DNA of 64,000 bases from Gemmatimonadota bacterium (lineage in GTDB: Bacteria > Gemmatimonadota > Gemmatimonadetes > Longimicrobiales > Gaopeijiaceae): contig JBBEBG010000026.1 in the NCBI GenBank assembly GCA_040882465.1, forward strand, positions 195,974 through 259,973, written 5' to 3'. Shown here piece after piece: positions 55,698-64,000 of the stretch (position 1 is its first letter; each line of letters opens with the position of its first letter). Below the pieces are notes generated by a model. It was not told the DNA's origin and did not search any database. It saw only the letters and a list, made by a program, of their open reading frames with translations. A program made the position numbers and the translations under genes.

Positions 55698-58442
55698 TTA
55701 CTCCGCCCGCATCGCCCTCATCGGATCCACGCGCGCCGCTTCCCTCGCGGGAACCAGGGTCGCGAGCAGGGCCACGAACGCGAGACCGGCCGCGATCGCT
55801 CCATACGTCACCGGATCCCCCGGAGACACCCCGTAGAGGAAGGTCTCGACCGCGTCGTCGAGGAGGAGAGTTCCGACGAGACCCGCGGAGAGCCCGATGA
55901 CGATCGGGCTCAGCATGCTTCGCACGACCTGCCTCACGATCCTGTCCCGCCCCGCGCCGAGCGCCATTCGCACCCCGATCGCCCGCCGCTGCTCCCGGAT
56001 CGTATAGGAGACCACGCCCACGATTCCGACTGCCGCCAGAAGAAGTGCGAGCGCCGCGAACCCGGAGAGGAGGACCGATCCCACCCGCTGCGGCATGAGG
56101 CGGTCTCCAACCTGCTCGTCGAGGGTCGTGAGGAGGGTGAAGGAAAGCTCCGGATCGAGCCCCTGGGCCTCGCCGCGGAGAGTGGGAAGGAGGGCCCCCA
56201 CATCCCCGGCCGTTCGAACGGCCATCGTCATGACGGCGAAACGCCCCGGGTATTGCGCCAACGGAAGGAAGACGAAGTTGGTCGCATCCTCCTCGATGGC
56301 CCTCCAGTGGGCGTCCTCCACGATCCCCACGACCTGAATCCCCGGGCTCTCCGCGCCTGGGGCGGCGGGCGGACGAATCGTGCGGCCGAGCGCCTCGCCG
56401 CCCGGCCAGTACAGCTCGGCCATGGACCGGCTCACGATGGCCACGTAGGATGAGCCCTCCGCGTCCGCTGGGGCGAAGTCCCTTCCGGCCAGAATCTCGA
56501 TGCCCAGCGACTCGAAGTAGCCGGGGGTCGTGAAGACCTGATCCACCCGCATCTCCTCGTCCGGACCGGGCTGGTAGCCGTCCACCGTCGCGAACGTCCC
56601 CATGAAGCCGCCTGGTCCGAAGGGGACGACGTTGGCCAGGGCGGCGGCGCTCACACCGGGTTGGGCGAGCGTCCGACTCCTCAGCTCCTCGGTGAACCGG
56701 AGGACCTCGGAGGGCTCGTATCCGAGGACGCCGAGACTGAAGTTGGCCACGATCACCCCGTGCGGCTCGAACCCCAGATCCGCGTCCAGCGCGCTACGCA
56801 AGGAGTGAATGAAGAGCCCCGAACCGGCGAGGAGCACGAAGCAGAGGCTCACCTGGACTGCGACGAGGGCGCGACGCAGGCGCCCGCCTCCATGCCTCAG
56901 CTCTGCGCCCCCGCCCCGATGGAGTCCCTGGGCGACTTCGCGGCGAGTCGACTGAAGGGCCGGGATCAGCCCGCAGAGGAGGGCGGTGGCCGCGGAGAGG
57001 ACGGCGGCGGCGGCAAGCATCCGGCCGTCCAAGGTCCCGCCGAGCGCGGAAATCGGGAGCCCTCCGGGGAGCTCGTACGCGCCGAGGGCGCGCAGCAGTC
57101 CGAGGGCGACGAGGAGTCCTACGACGCCACCGGATCCCGCGAGAAGGAGGCTTTCGACCAGGAGTTGGCGGACGATGCGCCCGCGCCCGGCGCCGATCGC
57201 GATTCGGATTCCGATCTCGCTCCTCCGTGCCGAGGCCCGCGCGAGGAGGAGGTTTGCGAGGTTGGCACAGGCGAGAAGGAGCGTCGCTCCAACCACCCCC
57301 ATGAGCAGCCAGACGAACCGCGGAAGCGACGTTTCGGCACCGAGGGGGAGGAGATAGCTCCCGAGCGGATCCAGCGTGATGGAGCGGGTCCCACGGGTCG
57401 GGTCCTCTTGGATCAGGCGCTCGGAGAGGGCGAGGAGCTCCGAGCGGGCACGGTCCGGTGGGGCGCCCGGCGAGAGCCTACCGACCAACCGGGCAATCCA
57501 CCGCGATCCCCGCGAATCCCACATGTTCTCCGGAAAGTCGCGGAGCGCGCCACCCGTCTGCATGGGAAGCCAGAGGTCCGCCCCTTCGCCGAGGGTCAGC
57601 CCTTCGAAGCGCTCGTGCGTCACGCCGACGACCTCGATCGCCCGCCCGTTCAATCGGATGGACCGCCCTACGATCGCGGGATCGCTTCCGAAGTGATCTC
57701 GCCAGAGATCGTGCGAGAGGACGGCGACGGGCGCGCCCGCCCGCAGCATGTCGTCGCTCCGCTGGAGAAGGCGCCCGCGCGAGGCCTCCACACCCAAGAT
57801 CGGAAAGAAGTTGCCGGTGACGCCCACCGCCTCAAGCATGCGGGCGCCCCGCGCCTCGTCGCCCAGGCTGACCTGAAGGGGAAAGACCGCGGCGAGGTCG
57901 GAGAGGCTCGACGTTTGGTCCCTGTAGTCGAGGTACTCGGGATACGAGGTCGAGGACCGCGGCTCCCCCATGCGGCTCGTCGTATAGACCGCCACGAGGG
58001 ATTGGGGGTCGGCCACCGCGGGCTCGCGGAAGAGCGCGGCGTCGAGAAGGGAGAAGATCGCCGTGGTCGCGCCGATCCCGAGGGCGAGTGTTCCGACCGC
58101 GACGAGGGTGAAGACGCGATTCCGCACGAGGAACCGCGCCGCATAGCGCAGGTCCTGGCCGAAGGATCCGGCGATCTCCCGAACGGGGCGCATGTTCTTC
58201 TTATGCTCCTTCATCTCCAGCACCTCCCGCTCGATGTCCTCTGGGACGCCGAACGAGTCCAGCGCGGCGCGCCACGCCTCCTCCCGTTCCATTCCCTCCG
58301 ATTCGAACTCCCGTGCGCGCATTTCGAGATGAAAGGCGATCTCCTCGCTCACCTCCGCGCGGTATCCCTCCCTCCCCCGCCAGAAGCTCATCCCTCCGCC
58401 TCGCGAATGACTTGGTTGACGGCCCCCGAGAAGACCCGCCAC
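55698..58442 (-). CDS. MacB-like ABC permease (MacB periplasmic core domain + two FtsX modules)
   Basis: Same architecture as 50377..53019. 914 aa. Its start overlaps the PadR gene end. Confidence 0.85.
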   Translation of the reverse strand: MAGLLGGRQPSHSRGGGMSFWRGREGYRAEVSEEIAFHLEMRAREFESEGMEREEAWRAALDSFGVPEDIEREVLEMKEHKKNMRPVREIAGSFGQDLRYAARFLVRNRVFTLVAVGTLALGIGATTAIFSLLDAALFREPAVADPQSLVAVYTTSRMGEPRSSTSYPEYLDYRDQTSSLSDLAAVFPLQVSLGDEARGARMLEAVGVTGNFFPILGVEASRGRLLQRSDDMLRAGAPVAVLSHDLWRDHFGSDPAIVGRSIRLNGRAIEVVGVTHERFEGLTLGEGADLWLPMQTGGALRDFPENMWDSRGSRWIARLVGRLSPGAPPDRARSELLALSERLIQEDPTRGTRSITLDPLGSYLLPLGAETSLPRFVWLLMGVVGATLLLACANLANLLLARASARRSEIGIRIAIGAGRGRIVRQLLVESLLLAGSGGVVGLLVALGLLRALGAYELPGGLPISALGGTLDGRMLAAAAVLSAATALLCGLIPALQSTRREVAQGLHRGGGAELRHGGGRLRRALVAVQVSLCFVLLAGSGLFIHSLRSALDADLGFEPHGVIVANFSLGVLGYEPSEVLRFTEELRSRTLAQPGVSAAALANVVPFGPGGFMGTFATVDGYQPGPDEEMRVDQVFTTPGYFESLGIEILAGRDFAPADAEGSSYVAIVSRSMAELYWPGGEALGRTIRPPAAPGAESPGIQVVGIVEDAHWRAIEEDATNFVFLPLAQYPGRFAVMTMAVRTAGDVGALLPTLRGEAQGLDPELSFTLLTTLDEQVGDRLMPQRVGSVLLSGFAALALLLAAVGIVGVVSYTIREQRRAIGVRMALGAGRDRIVRQVVRSMLSPIVIGLSAGLVGTLLLDDAVETFLYGVSPGDPVTYGAIAAGLAFVALLATLVPAREAARVDPMRAMRAE

Positions 58443-58720
58443 CGCTCCGACAGGCGTTCCAACCGCGCTTCCCCCTCCGGCGTCAGGCGGTAGAACTTCG
58501 CGCGGCGGCCCGTTTCCGTTTTCGCCCAGGACGCCCTGAGGAGGCCGCGCCCCTCGAGCCGGTGGAGCGCCGGGTAGAGCGCCCCCTCCTCGACGTCCAG
58601 CACGCCCTCGGAGCGTTCGCGCAGCCGCCGCCCGATCGCGTAGCCGTGCATCGGGCCCGCGCGTAGCGAGTTGAGGATCAGAATGTCGAGGGTCCCGGTG
58701 AAGAGATCGCTTCCGCTCAT
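58388..58720 (-). CDS. PadR-family transcriptional regulator
   Basis: LDILILNSLRAGPMHGYAIGRRL...LYPALHRLEGRGLL. Start taken at ATG 58720 (the ORF track starts at GTG 58759). Confidence 0.8.
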   Translation of the reverse strand: MSGSDLFTGTLDILILNSLRAGPMHGYAIGRRLRERSEGVLDVEEGALYPALHRLEGRGLLRASWAKTETGRRAKFYRLTPEGEARLERLSERWRVFSGAVNQVIREAEG

Positions 58721-58963
58721 AGTCCTGGCGTCGGGTTGCGGCACATATACATAGCTCACCTAGGTATCGTCGCAGAAGAATGTCGCCGTGAACCCTAGTT
58801 CGTCAAGGGATAAGACGGACGGACGCGCCGATGGCTTGCACGGATTCACCTGGCGCTCTAACTCCCTTCCCTCTGAAACCGATTTGAAGCGGCCGCCGTA
58901 GATTCTCCTGTCTCGAACGGCGAAGGACGGCAATGGCGAACGCCTCCCCAACTGTCTCACCGC

Positions 58964-59920
58964 ATGCATAACGTGGACGGCATGCACCCGTCATCCGTGC
59001 GGCTCTCGGTCGAGAAGCTGACCAAGCGGTACGGCGACGTCGTCGCCCTCGACGACATTGCCTTCGAAGTCTCGGACGGGATCACCGGCCTTCTCGGAGA
59101 AAACGGCGCGGGAAAGTCCACGGCCATCAAGATCCTTCTGGGGCTCGTCCGTCCCACGTCGGGATCGGCGAAGATTCTCGGGGAAAGCGCCGCGGAGAGC
59201 GTCGGGATTCGCTCGAGAGTTGGCTATATGCCCGAGCACGATTGCCTTCCCCGCTCCGTCTCGGCCGCCGAGTTCCTCACGCACATGGCCGAAGCGAGCG
59301 GTCTCCCTCCCACTCACGCCCGCCTCCGCGCGGCGGATACCCTCCGGCACACCGGCCTCTTCGAGGAGCGGTATCGTGCCATGGGCGGCTATTCCACCGG
59401 GATGAAGCAGCGGGTGAAACTGGCCCAGGCGCTCGTTCACGATCCCGCGATCGTCTTCCTGGACGAACCGACCGCGGGGCTCGACCCGGTCGGACGCGAG
59501 GAGATGCTCGCGCTCATTCGGAAGACGCACCGTGAGTTCGGGATCAGCGTCCTCTTCTCTTCGCACCTGATGGCGGACGTCGAGCGCACCTGCGACCGGA
59601 TCGTCGTTCTCAGGGACGGGAAGGTCGTAGAGTCCGGGGAAGTCGAGCACTTCACGAAGGAAAGCGAGACGGTCTTCATCGAGGTGGACGCCGACCGCGA
59701 CCGGTTCGTGGCGGCCTTGGAGATCCGGGGGGTCGCGGTCGTGTTGGATGGGCGCGGCCTCTACGTCGAAGGCACCGACGAGACGGTGTACGATCAGATC
59801 CGTGCGGCCCTCGTCGAGACCGAAGTTCCGTTACGTCGCATGGCGCCCCGCCGGCGGGCCCTGACGGAGCTCTTTCGACGGGGCGGCGACCGCCGGCCCC
59901 CTCAGGACGCCCCCCGATGA
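58964..59920 (+). CDS. ABC transporter ATP-binding protein
   Basis: GENGAGKST, YSTGMKQRVKLAQAL, VFLDEPTAGLD. Confidence 0.85.
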   Translation: MHNVDGMHPSSVRLSVEKLTKRYGDVVALDDIAFEVSDGITGLLGENGAGKSTAIKILLGLVRPTSGSAKILGESAAESVGIRSRVGYMPEHDCLPRSVSAAEFLTHMAEASGLPPTHARLRAADTLRHTGLFEERYRAMGGYSTGMKQRVKLAQALVHDPAIVFLDEPTAGLDPVGREEMLALIRKTHREFGISVLFSSHLMADVERTCDRIVVLRDGKVVESGEVEHFTKESETVFIEVDADRDRFVAALEIRGVAVVLDGRGLYVEGTDETVYDQIRAALVETEVPLRRMAPRRRALTELFRRGGDRRPPQDAPR

Positions 59921-60843
59921 CCAGCGAAGGAAGGACCATGGGCGCCCAGGGCACCGTCTTCGATATCGGCTATCGGAGTTATGGGGGCCCCCGGGAAGGT
60001 CGGAACCGTTCCCGTCTCGCGATCTACAAGGACGGGCTGAGGGGAGCGCTCGGACTCGGACGCGGGGGCCGCGCGAAGATCCTGCCCTGGTTCTTCATCA
60101 TCCTGCTTGGAGGGATCGGGCTGGTATTCGCCCTCTTCGCCGGCCTCGCCTATCAGCTCGCGGGCTCCGGGGCGGCGGATGCACTCAATCTTCCGTCGCA
60201 TTCGGACTTCAACGGGATCGCGTCCATCATCTTCTTCGTTTTTGCGGCCGTGTGCGCGCCCGAGCTCCTCTGCCCCGACCGGCGCGAGGGGGTGATCAAC
60301 CTCTACCTCGTCCGGCCGATCACGGGGACGGATTACGTCCTCAGCCGCTGGCTCGCCTTCTTCACGGTGATGCTCGGGGTCGCCTGGCTTCCCCAGACGG
60401 TCCTTCTGATCGGGCTCGCGATGGGCGATTCGGACCCGGTCGCATACCTGCGCGTCAACTGGCTCGACGTGCCACGGTACCTCGCCGCCGGCGCGGCGTT
60501 CGCGGCGTACACCACGAGCCTCGCCATGCTCGTCGCCTCCTTCACGACGCGGCGCGCATATGCGTCCGTCTTCCTCGTGGGCCTGTTCGTGATCTCGACG
60601 CCCTTCACCACGGCGCTGGCCATGGAGCTGGACGATTCGAGCGCCGGACGGTGGATCTCGATGTTCAACCTCTCGAACATCCCGGTGCATCTGAACGATC
60701 TGATTTTCGGCGAGGTGAGCGACGTCACACGACCTGCGCCCGCCCGGCAGTTCCCGCCTTCGGTCCTCGTGGCCTGGTACTTTCTCTGGACCGTCGCGCC
60801 GGTCGCGATCCTTTGGCGGCGCTACCGGAGACTCACGCCGTGA
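59917..60843 (+). CDS. ABC-2 family transporter permease
   Basis: 6 hydrophobic segments. ATGA overlap with the upstream ATPase. Confidence 0.7.
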   Translation: MTSEGRTMGAQGTVFDIGYRSYGGPREGRNRSRLAIYKDGLRGALGLGRGGRAKILPWFFIILLGGIGLVFALFAGLAYQLAGSGAADALNLPSHSDFNGIASIIFFVFAAVCAPELLCPDRREGVINLYLVRPITGTDYVLSRWLAFFTVMLGVAWLPQTVLLIGLAMGDSDPVAYLRVNWLDVPRYLAAGAAFAAYTTSLAMLVASFTTRRAYASVFLVGLFVISTPFTTALAMELDDSSAGRWISMFNLSNIPVHLNDLIFGEVSDVTRPAPARQFPPSVLVAWYFLWTVAPVAILWRRYRRLTP

Positions 60844-61769
60844 GCCTGGAGCCCCAGCCGATCATCCGGGTGGACCGCGTGTCGCGCTGGTTCGGAAGCG
60901 TCGTCGCGGTGAGCGCCGTCACCTTCGACGTCATGCCAGGAATCACCGGACTTCTCGGGCCCAATGGTGCCGGAAAAACGACCCTCCTCCGCATGATGAC
61001 GGGACTCGCCAGGGTATCCGCCGGAGCGATCACCGTTTTCGGCCGGCCCGTGCGCGATAACCCGCCTTTGTATGCGCGCATGGGCGTAATGTCGGAGCAC
61101 GAAACCGTTTACGGCTTCATGAAGGGGCGCGACTTCGTCCGGATGATGGGGCGCCTGCGCGGGGTGGAGGATCTCGAGGCCGCCGTGGATCGCGCCATCG
61201 CCCTCGTGGATCTCGTGGATGCCTCGAAGCGCCCCATGTCCACCTATTCGCGGGGGATGCGCCAGCGGATGAGGCTCGCCGCGACCCTGGTACACGACCC
61301 GGAGCTCCTCATCCTGGACGAGCCGCTGAACGGCGCGGATCCCGGCCAGCGCGTGCACTTCCAGGAGCTCTTGAGAAGGCTCGCGGAGGAAGGGCGAACC
61401 ATCGTCGTGTCTTCGCACATCCTCGAAGAAGTGGAGCAGCTCGCGGATACCGTCGTCCTCGTCATCAATGGAAAGCTGGCGGCGTCGGGTGGATACCGCG
61501 CGATCCGGGCGGCGCTCGACAAACGCCCGTACCACGTTCGTGTGATCTCGGACCAGCCTCGGGAGCTGGCCGCCCAGCTCGTGAAGCTCGACTCCGTGGA
61601 CGCGGTGAACTTCGATCCCGACGGGGCCATCGTGGTGCTGAGTCGGAACGTGCGTGCCCTCCAGATCGAGCTGCCGCGCCGCGCGCAGGAAGCGGCGATT
61701 CGGATTCGCAGGGTCGAGCCGCTCGACGACTCGCTCGAGAGCGTCTTCGGCTACCTGGTCGAGGGGTGA
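60840..61769 (+). CDS. ABC transporter ATP-binding protein (second copy)
   Basis: GTG 60840 overlaps the permease stop (GTGA). GPNGAGKTT, YSRGMRQRMRLAATL, LILDEPLNGAD. Confidence 0.85.
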   Translation: MSLEPQPIIRVDRVSRWFGSVVAVSAVTFDVMPGITGLLGPNGAGKTTLLRMMTGLARVSAGAITVFGRPVRDNPPLYARMGVMSEHETVYGFMKGRDFVRMMGRLRGVEDLEAAVDRAIALVDLVDASKRPMSTYSRGMRQRMRLAATLVHDPELLILDEPLNGADPGQRVHFQELLRRLAEEGRTIVVSSHILEEVEQLADTVVLVINGKLAASGGYRAIRAALDKRPYHVRVISDQPRELAAQLVKLDSVDAVNFDPDGAIVVLSRNVRALQIELPRRAQEAAIRIRRVEPLDDSLESVFGYLVEG

Positions 61770-62482
61770 GAATGGGCGCGATCTATCTCCTCACGCTCCG
61801 TCAGCTCGCCGGCCGATGGCGGCTCCTCATCATGACGGCCCTCGCGACGCTCCCGGTGCTCATCACCTGGGTCGCCTTCCTCACGGGGGAATTCTCGGTT
61901 CAGGAGTTCGAAGAAAACGTTCTGGCCGGGTTCCTCTCGGGCTCCATCATTCCCCTCGTGGTCCTGGCGATCGCGGCCGCCGCATTCGCAAGCGAGGTGG
62001 AAGACCGCACACTCGCGAACCTCACTCTCGCGCCGATCCCGCGTTGGCGGATCGTCTTTCCGAAGCTCCTGGCGACGTTCAGCCTCGCCGCCCCTTTCAT
62101 CGCGATCAGCGCCTTCGCGGCGACCGATATCGCGATCGAAGGAGATACCCGAGCGGCGATCGCGGTCACGACTTCGGCACTCATCGGGGTGGCGCTTTAC
62201 GCGTCGGCTTTCGTCTGGCTCGGCCTCGTGGCCTCGCACCCCATCGGGATCGGCCTCCTCTACATCGTCGTGTGGGAGGGCTTTTTTTCTGGCTTTGTGA
62301 GAGGCGTGAGGCTCTTCAGCCTCCGTCACTACACGACCGCCTGGATCCACGTCCTGGACGAGCGGCGTTTCGCCTGGACGGACAACCTCGAATCGGGCGT
62401 TACCATAGGCGTTTCGGCCGCGGTGTTGGGCGGGTTCGTTTTTCTCACGGTGCGGCGGCTGCGGCGGATGGACGTGCCCTAG
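61766..62482 (+). CDS. ABC-2 family transporter permease (second copy)
   Basis: Hydrophobic 6-TM protein. Overlaps the upstream ATPase stop. Confidence 0.7.
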   Translation: MRMGAIYLLTLRQLAGRWRLLIMTALATLPVLITWVAFLTGEFSVQEFEENVLAGFLSGSIIPLVVLAIAAAAFASEVEDRTLANLTLAPIPRWRIVFPKLLATFSLAAPFIAISAFAATDIAIEGDTRAAIAVTTSALIGVALYASAFVWLGLVASHPIGIGLLYIVVWEGFFSGFVRGVRLFSLRHYTTAWIHVLDERRFAWTDNLESGVTIGVSAAVLGGFVFLTVRRLRRMDVP

Positions 62483-62518
62483 GGGACGCGACTGTCCCCT
62501 CCGCGGCCAACGGGGGTA

Positions 62519-63598
62519 TCAGCGCGGTTCGGGTGGAGTAGGCGAGGTTGCCGCGGCCACCCGGATCGTCGTCCCCGGGGTCGGTATCTCCCACTCCGCT
62601 TCGGCAGGGAGGGCGGCTTCCATCCGCCTCAGGAATCCCTCCAGATCGGTCGCCGGGACGCCGCGGAACTCCTCTTCCTCCCGCGACCGGAAGAAGCTCT
62701 CCCAGTGGCCGACCAGGACCTGCCTGGGCTCGAGGCGACGGAGGATCCCCTCGGGGAAGTCGCGGACCTCCTGGTAACCCGGCGCGCAGACGATCGCGAG
62801 GTCCACCGGGATCCCATCCGCGAGCGGGGGAGGAAATCCCTCCGGCGGGGTGGAGGCGGCGTCCTGATAGTGGATCCGGTAGAGGACCTCCCCTTCGGGG
62901 GAAAGGAAGTCGATCAGGTAGGCGGGGGGCGTCCCCTCCACCCATTCCCCCGCCCATTCGGGGAGCTCCGTCGCGGGTTCGCGGCGCTCCCCCTGGAAGA
63001 GATGGATCCCGAAGAAGTGCGGGGCGTGTCCCGAGCGGAGCGCCATGAAGCGGATGCGACCGTCCGCCGTCGAGTGCCAGCTGCCGGGGTGCTCCGAGTT
63101 TCCGGCGCTCTCCTCGACCGAGACGAGCCGGACCGGGTCGAGTTCGGGATCCCCCCGGAGGAGATTCGCCGCCGTCCGGCTCCCGTACATCCGCGCCTCC
63201 GGCGCTCGCCTGCGAAGGATGTAGGGAAGGTCCATGAGGTGGTCGTAGTGCGCATGCCCGACGAGGACGGCGGGGACATCGGAGACGGGCGGGAGGTACC
63301 GCTCGATCGCCGCGGAGTCGGACTCTATTCGCCCGAAGGTGACGTCGAGGAGCCCCGGATTGGAGAAGAACGGCGCGGTCAGGATCGCGGCCTCTCCCAT
63401 CCGGAGGAGCCATCCGCCCGCCCCGAGGTACTCCAGGGTGAGGGGCTCCTCCCCGCGGACACAGCACCATCCCTCCACGGGAGACCTGCCCACGGGGAGG
63501 GAGTCGAGGGAAGTCGCGCACGCCGTGAGGAAGAGGGCGATGGAGAGGAGTCCGGATCGCATGATCAACGATAATCCCCCGATCACCCAAGCGCTCAT
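62519..63598 (-). CDS. MBL-fold metallo-hydrolase lipoprotein
   Basis: Lipobox LFLTACA. HxHxDH motif (VLVGHAHYDHLMDLPY). Confidence 0.8.
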   Translation of the reverse strand: MSAWVIGGLSLIMRSGLLSIALFLTACATSLDSLPVGRSPVEGWCCVRGEEPLTLEYLGAGGWLLRMGEAAILTAPFFSNPGLLDVTFGRIESDSAAIERYLPPVSDVPAVLVGHAHYDHLMDLPYILRRRAPEARMYGSRTAANLLRGDPELDPVRLVSVEESAGNSEHPGSWHSTADGRIRFMALRSGHAPHFFGIHLFQGERREPATELPEWAGEWVEGTPPAYLIDFLSPEGEVLYRIHYQDAASTPPEGFPPPLADGIPVDLAIVCAPGYQEVRDFPEGILRRLEPRQVLVGHWESFFRSREEEEFRGVPATDLEGFLRRMEAALPAEAEWEIPTPGTTIRVAAATSPTPPEPR

Positions 63599-63629
63599 CC
63601 GTTGATGAGGTGGTGCCCGCCAGTGCGCC

Positions 63630-63676
63630 TTGACATACCCCCTGGGCCTATCTATCGTATACCCCAGTAGGGTATA
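63630..63676 (+). promoter_or_regulatory. TTGACA-17-TATCGT promoter overlapped by GC-rich palindrome TATACCC-CAGTA-GGGTATA (CsoR-type operator-like)
   Basis: Palindrome 63658..63676 lies between the promoter and the cupredoxin RBS. The half-site pattern TATACCCC/GGGGTATA is recalled as characteristic of CsoR/RcnR-family operators. Confidence 0.45.
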
Positions 63677-63799
63677 TAGCGCCGAAAGAAGCTGCGAGTC
63701 CCCTCTCCTGGTGCGGCGCGGCGCGGCACCCCCACGTCAGATCGGAGGCGACGGAACGATGGATGGGCACGCGTGGTGGAGGCCGAAGGAGGCACGGCG

Positions 63800-64000
63800 A
63801 TGAGCCCGCTGGATCTCGTCGTTTTATTGGGCGGCGTTGCCGCGATTCTCTGGGTGAACTGGTACTTCTTCCGTGCGGGGCGTTCCCCCGTTCAGGCCGG
63901 TGTGGGAGCGGGCGGGGTTCAGGAGGTCGAGATCGTCGTGCAGGGGGGATACGAACCCAGCCAGGTGCGGGTCCGTCGGGGGATTCCGGTGCGACTCGTC
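63800..64000 (+). CDS. cupredoxin-like domain protein, 3'-truncated by window end
   Basis: RBS GAAGGAGG 7 nt before the ATG. TM helix (LVVLLGGVAAILWVNWYFF) then EVEIVVQGGYEPSQVRVRRGIPVRL, typical of small cupredoxin proteins in Cu-efflux loci. Confidence 0.5.
   Translation, partial: MSPLDLVVLLGGVAAILWVNWYFFRAGRSPVQAGVGAGGVQEVEIVVQGGYEPSQVRVRRGIPVRLV

Noticed and set aside
1-64000. CRISPR arrays, rRNA/tRNA genes, IS elements or transposases
   Set aside because: No regularly spaced direct repeats, no rRNA-like conserved stretches, and no transposase-like ORFs were seen. The only mobile-element-associated gene is the disrupted DUF222-HNH.

Overview
High-GC (about 68-70%) bacterial chromosomal segment with dense coding on both strands. 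No rRNA, tRNA, CRISPR array or transposase was found. Six-frame translations identify: a TPR protein, cyclophilin PPIase, mscL, speA, a truncated UvrC-like GIY-YIG protein, a two-gene ergothioneine pair (egtB-egtD), corA, potABCD, an LLM oxidoreductase, a Tat-exported aldo/keto reductase, a membrane-protein plus winged-helix regulator pair next to uppS and a DUF4173 membrane protein, a cytochrome c / beta-propeller fusion, recQ, a lipoprotein serpin, an MsbA-like ABC exporter, an SPFH / Arc-type RHH / bPH2 / bPH2 four-gene operon, a disrupted DUF222-HNH gene, nirK fused to cytochrome c, an ArsR-VOC-SRPBCC trio, a sulfur-trafficking cluster (rhodanese, YeeE, TusA, rhodanese lipoprotein), two PadR + MacB-like permease cassettes flanking an AAA ATPase, a Phd/VapC toxin-antitoxin pair and a DinB-family gene, a duplicated ABC-2 transporter, an MBL-fold hydrolase, and a partial cupredoxin gene behind a CsoR-like operator. 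The most interesting region is a roughly 8 kb lower-GC island (about 41.8-49.5 kb, about 55-62% GC). On the minus strand it encodes a processive family-2 glycosyltransferase (synthase-type), a membrane-anchored SGNH/GDSL protein and a NodB-type polysaccharide deacetylase. Divergently on the plus strand it encodes a NodU/CmcH-type carbamoyltransferase, an SxtJ-like protein and a 49-aa DUF5989 protein absent from the ORF track. This combination suggests a synthase-dependent, de-N-acetylated, carbamoylated (Nod-factor-like chemistry) glycan system that to my knowledge is uncharacterised. Several compact AT-rich palindromes or tandem repeats sit at promoters of regulator-containing operons and are proposed as operators. 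Line-based coordinates disagreed with ORF-table coordinates by one base in two places, so small-motif coordinates may be off by 1-2 nt.
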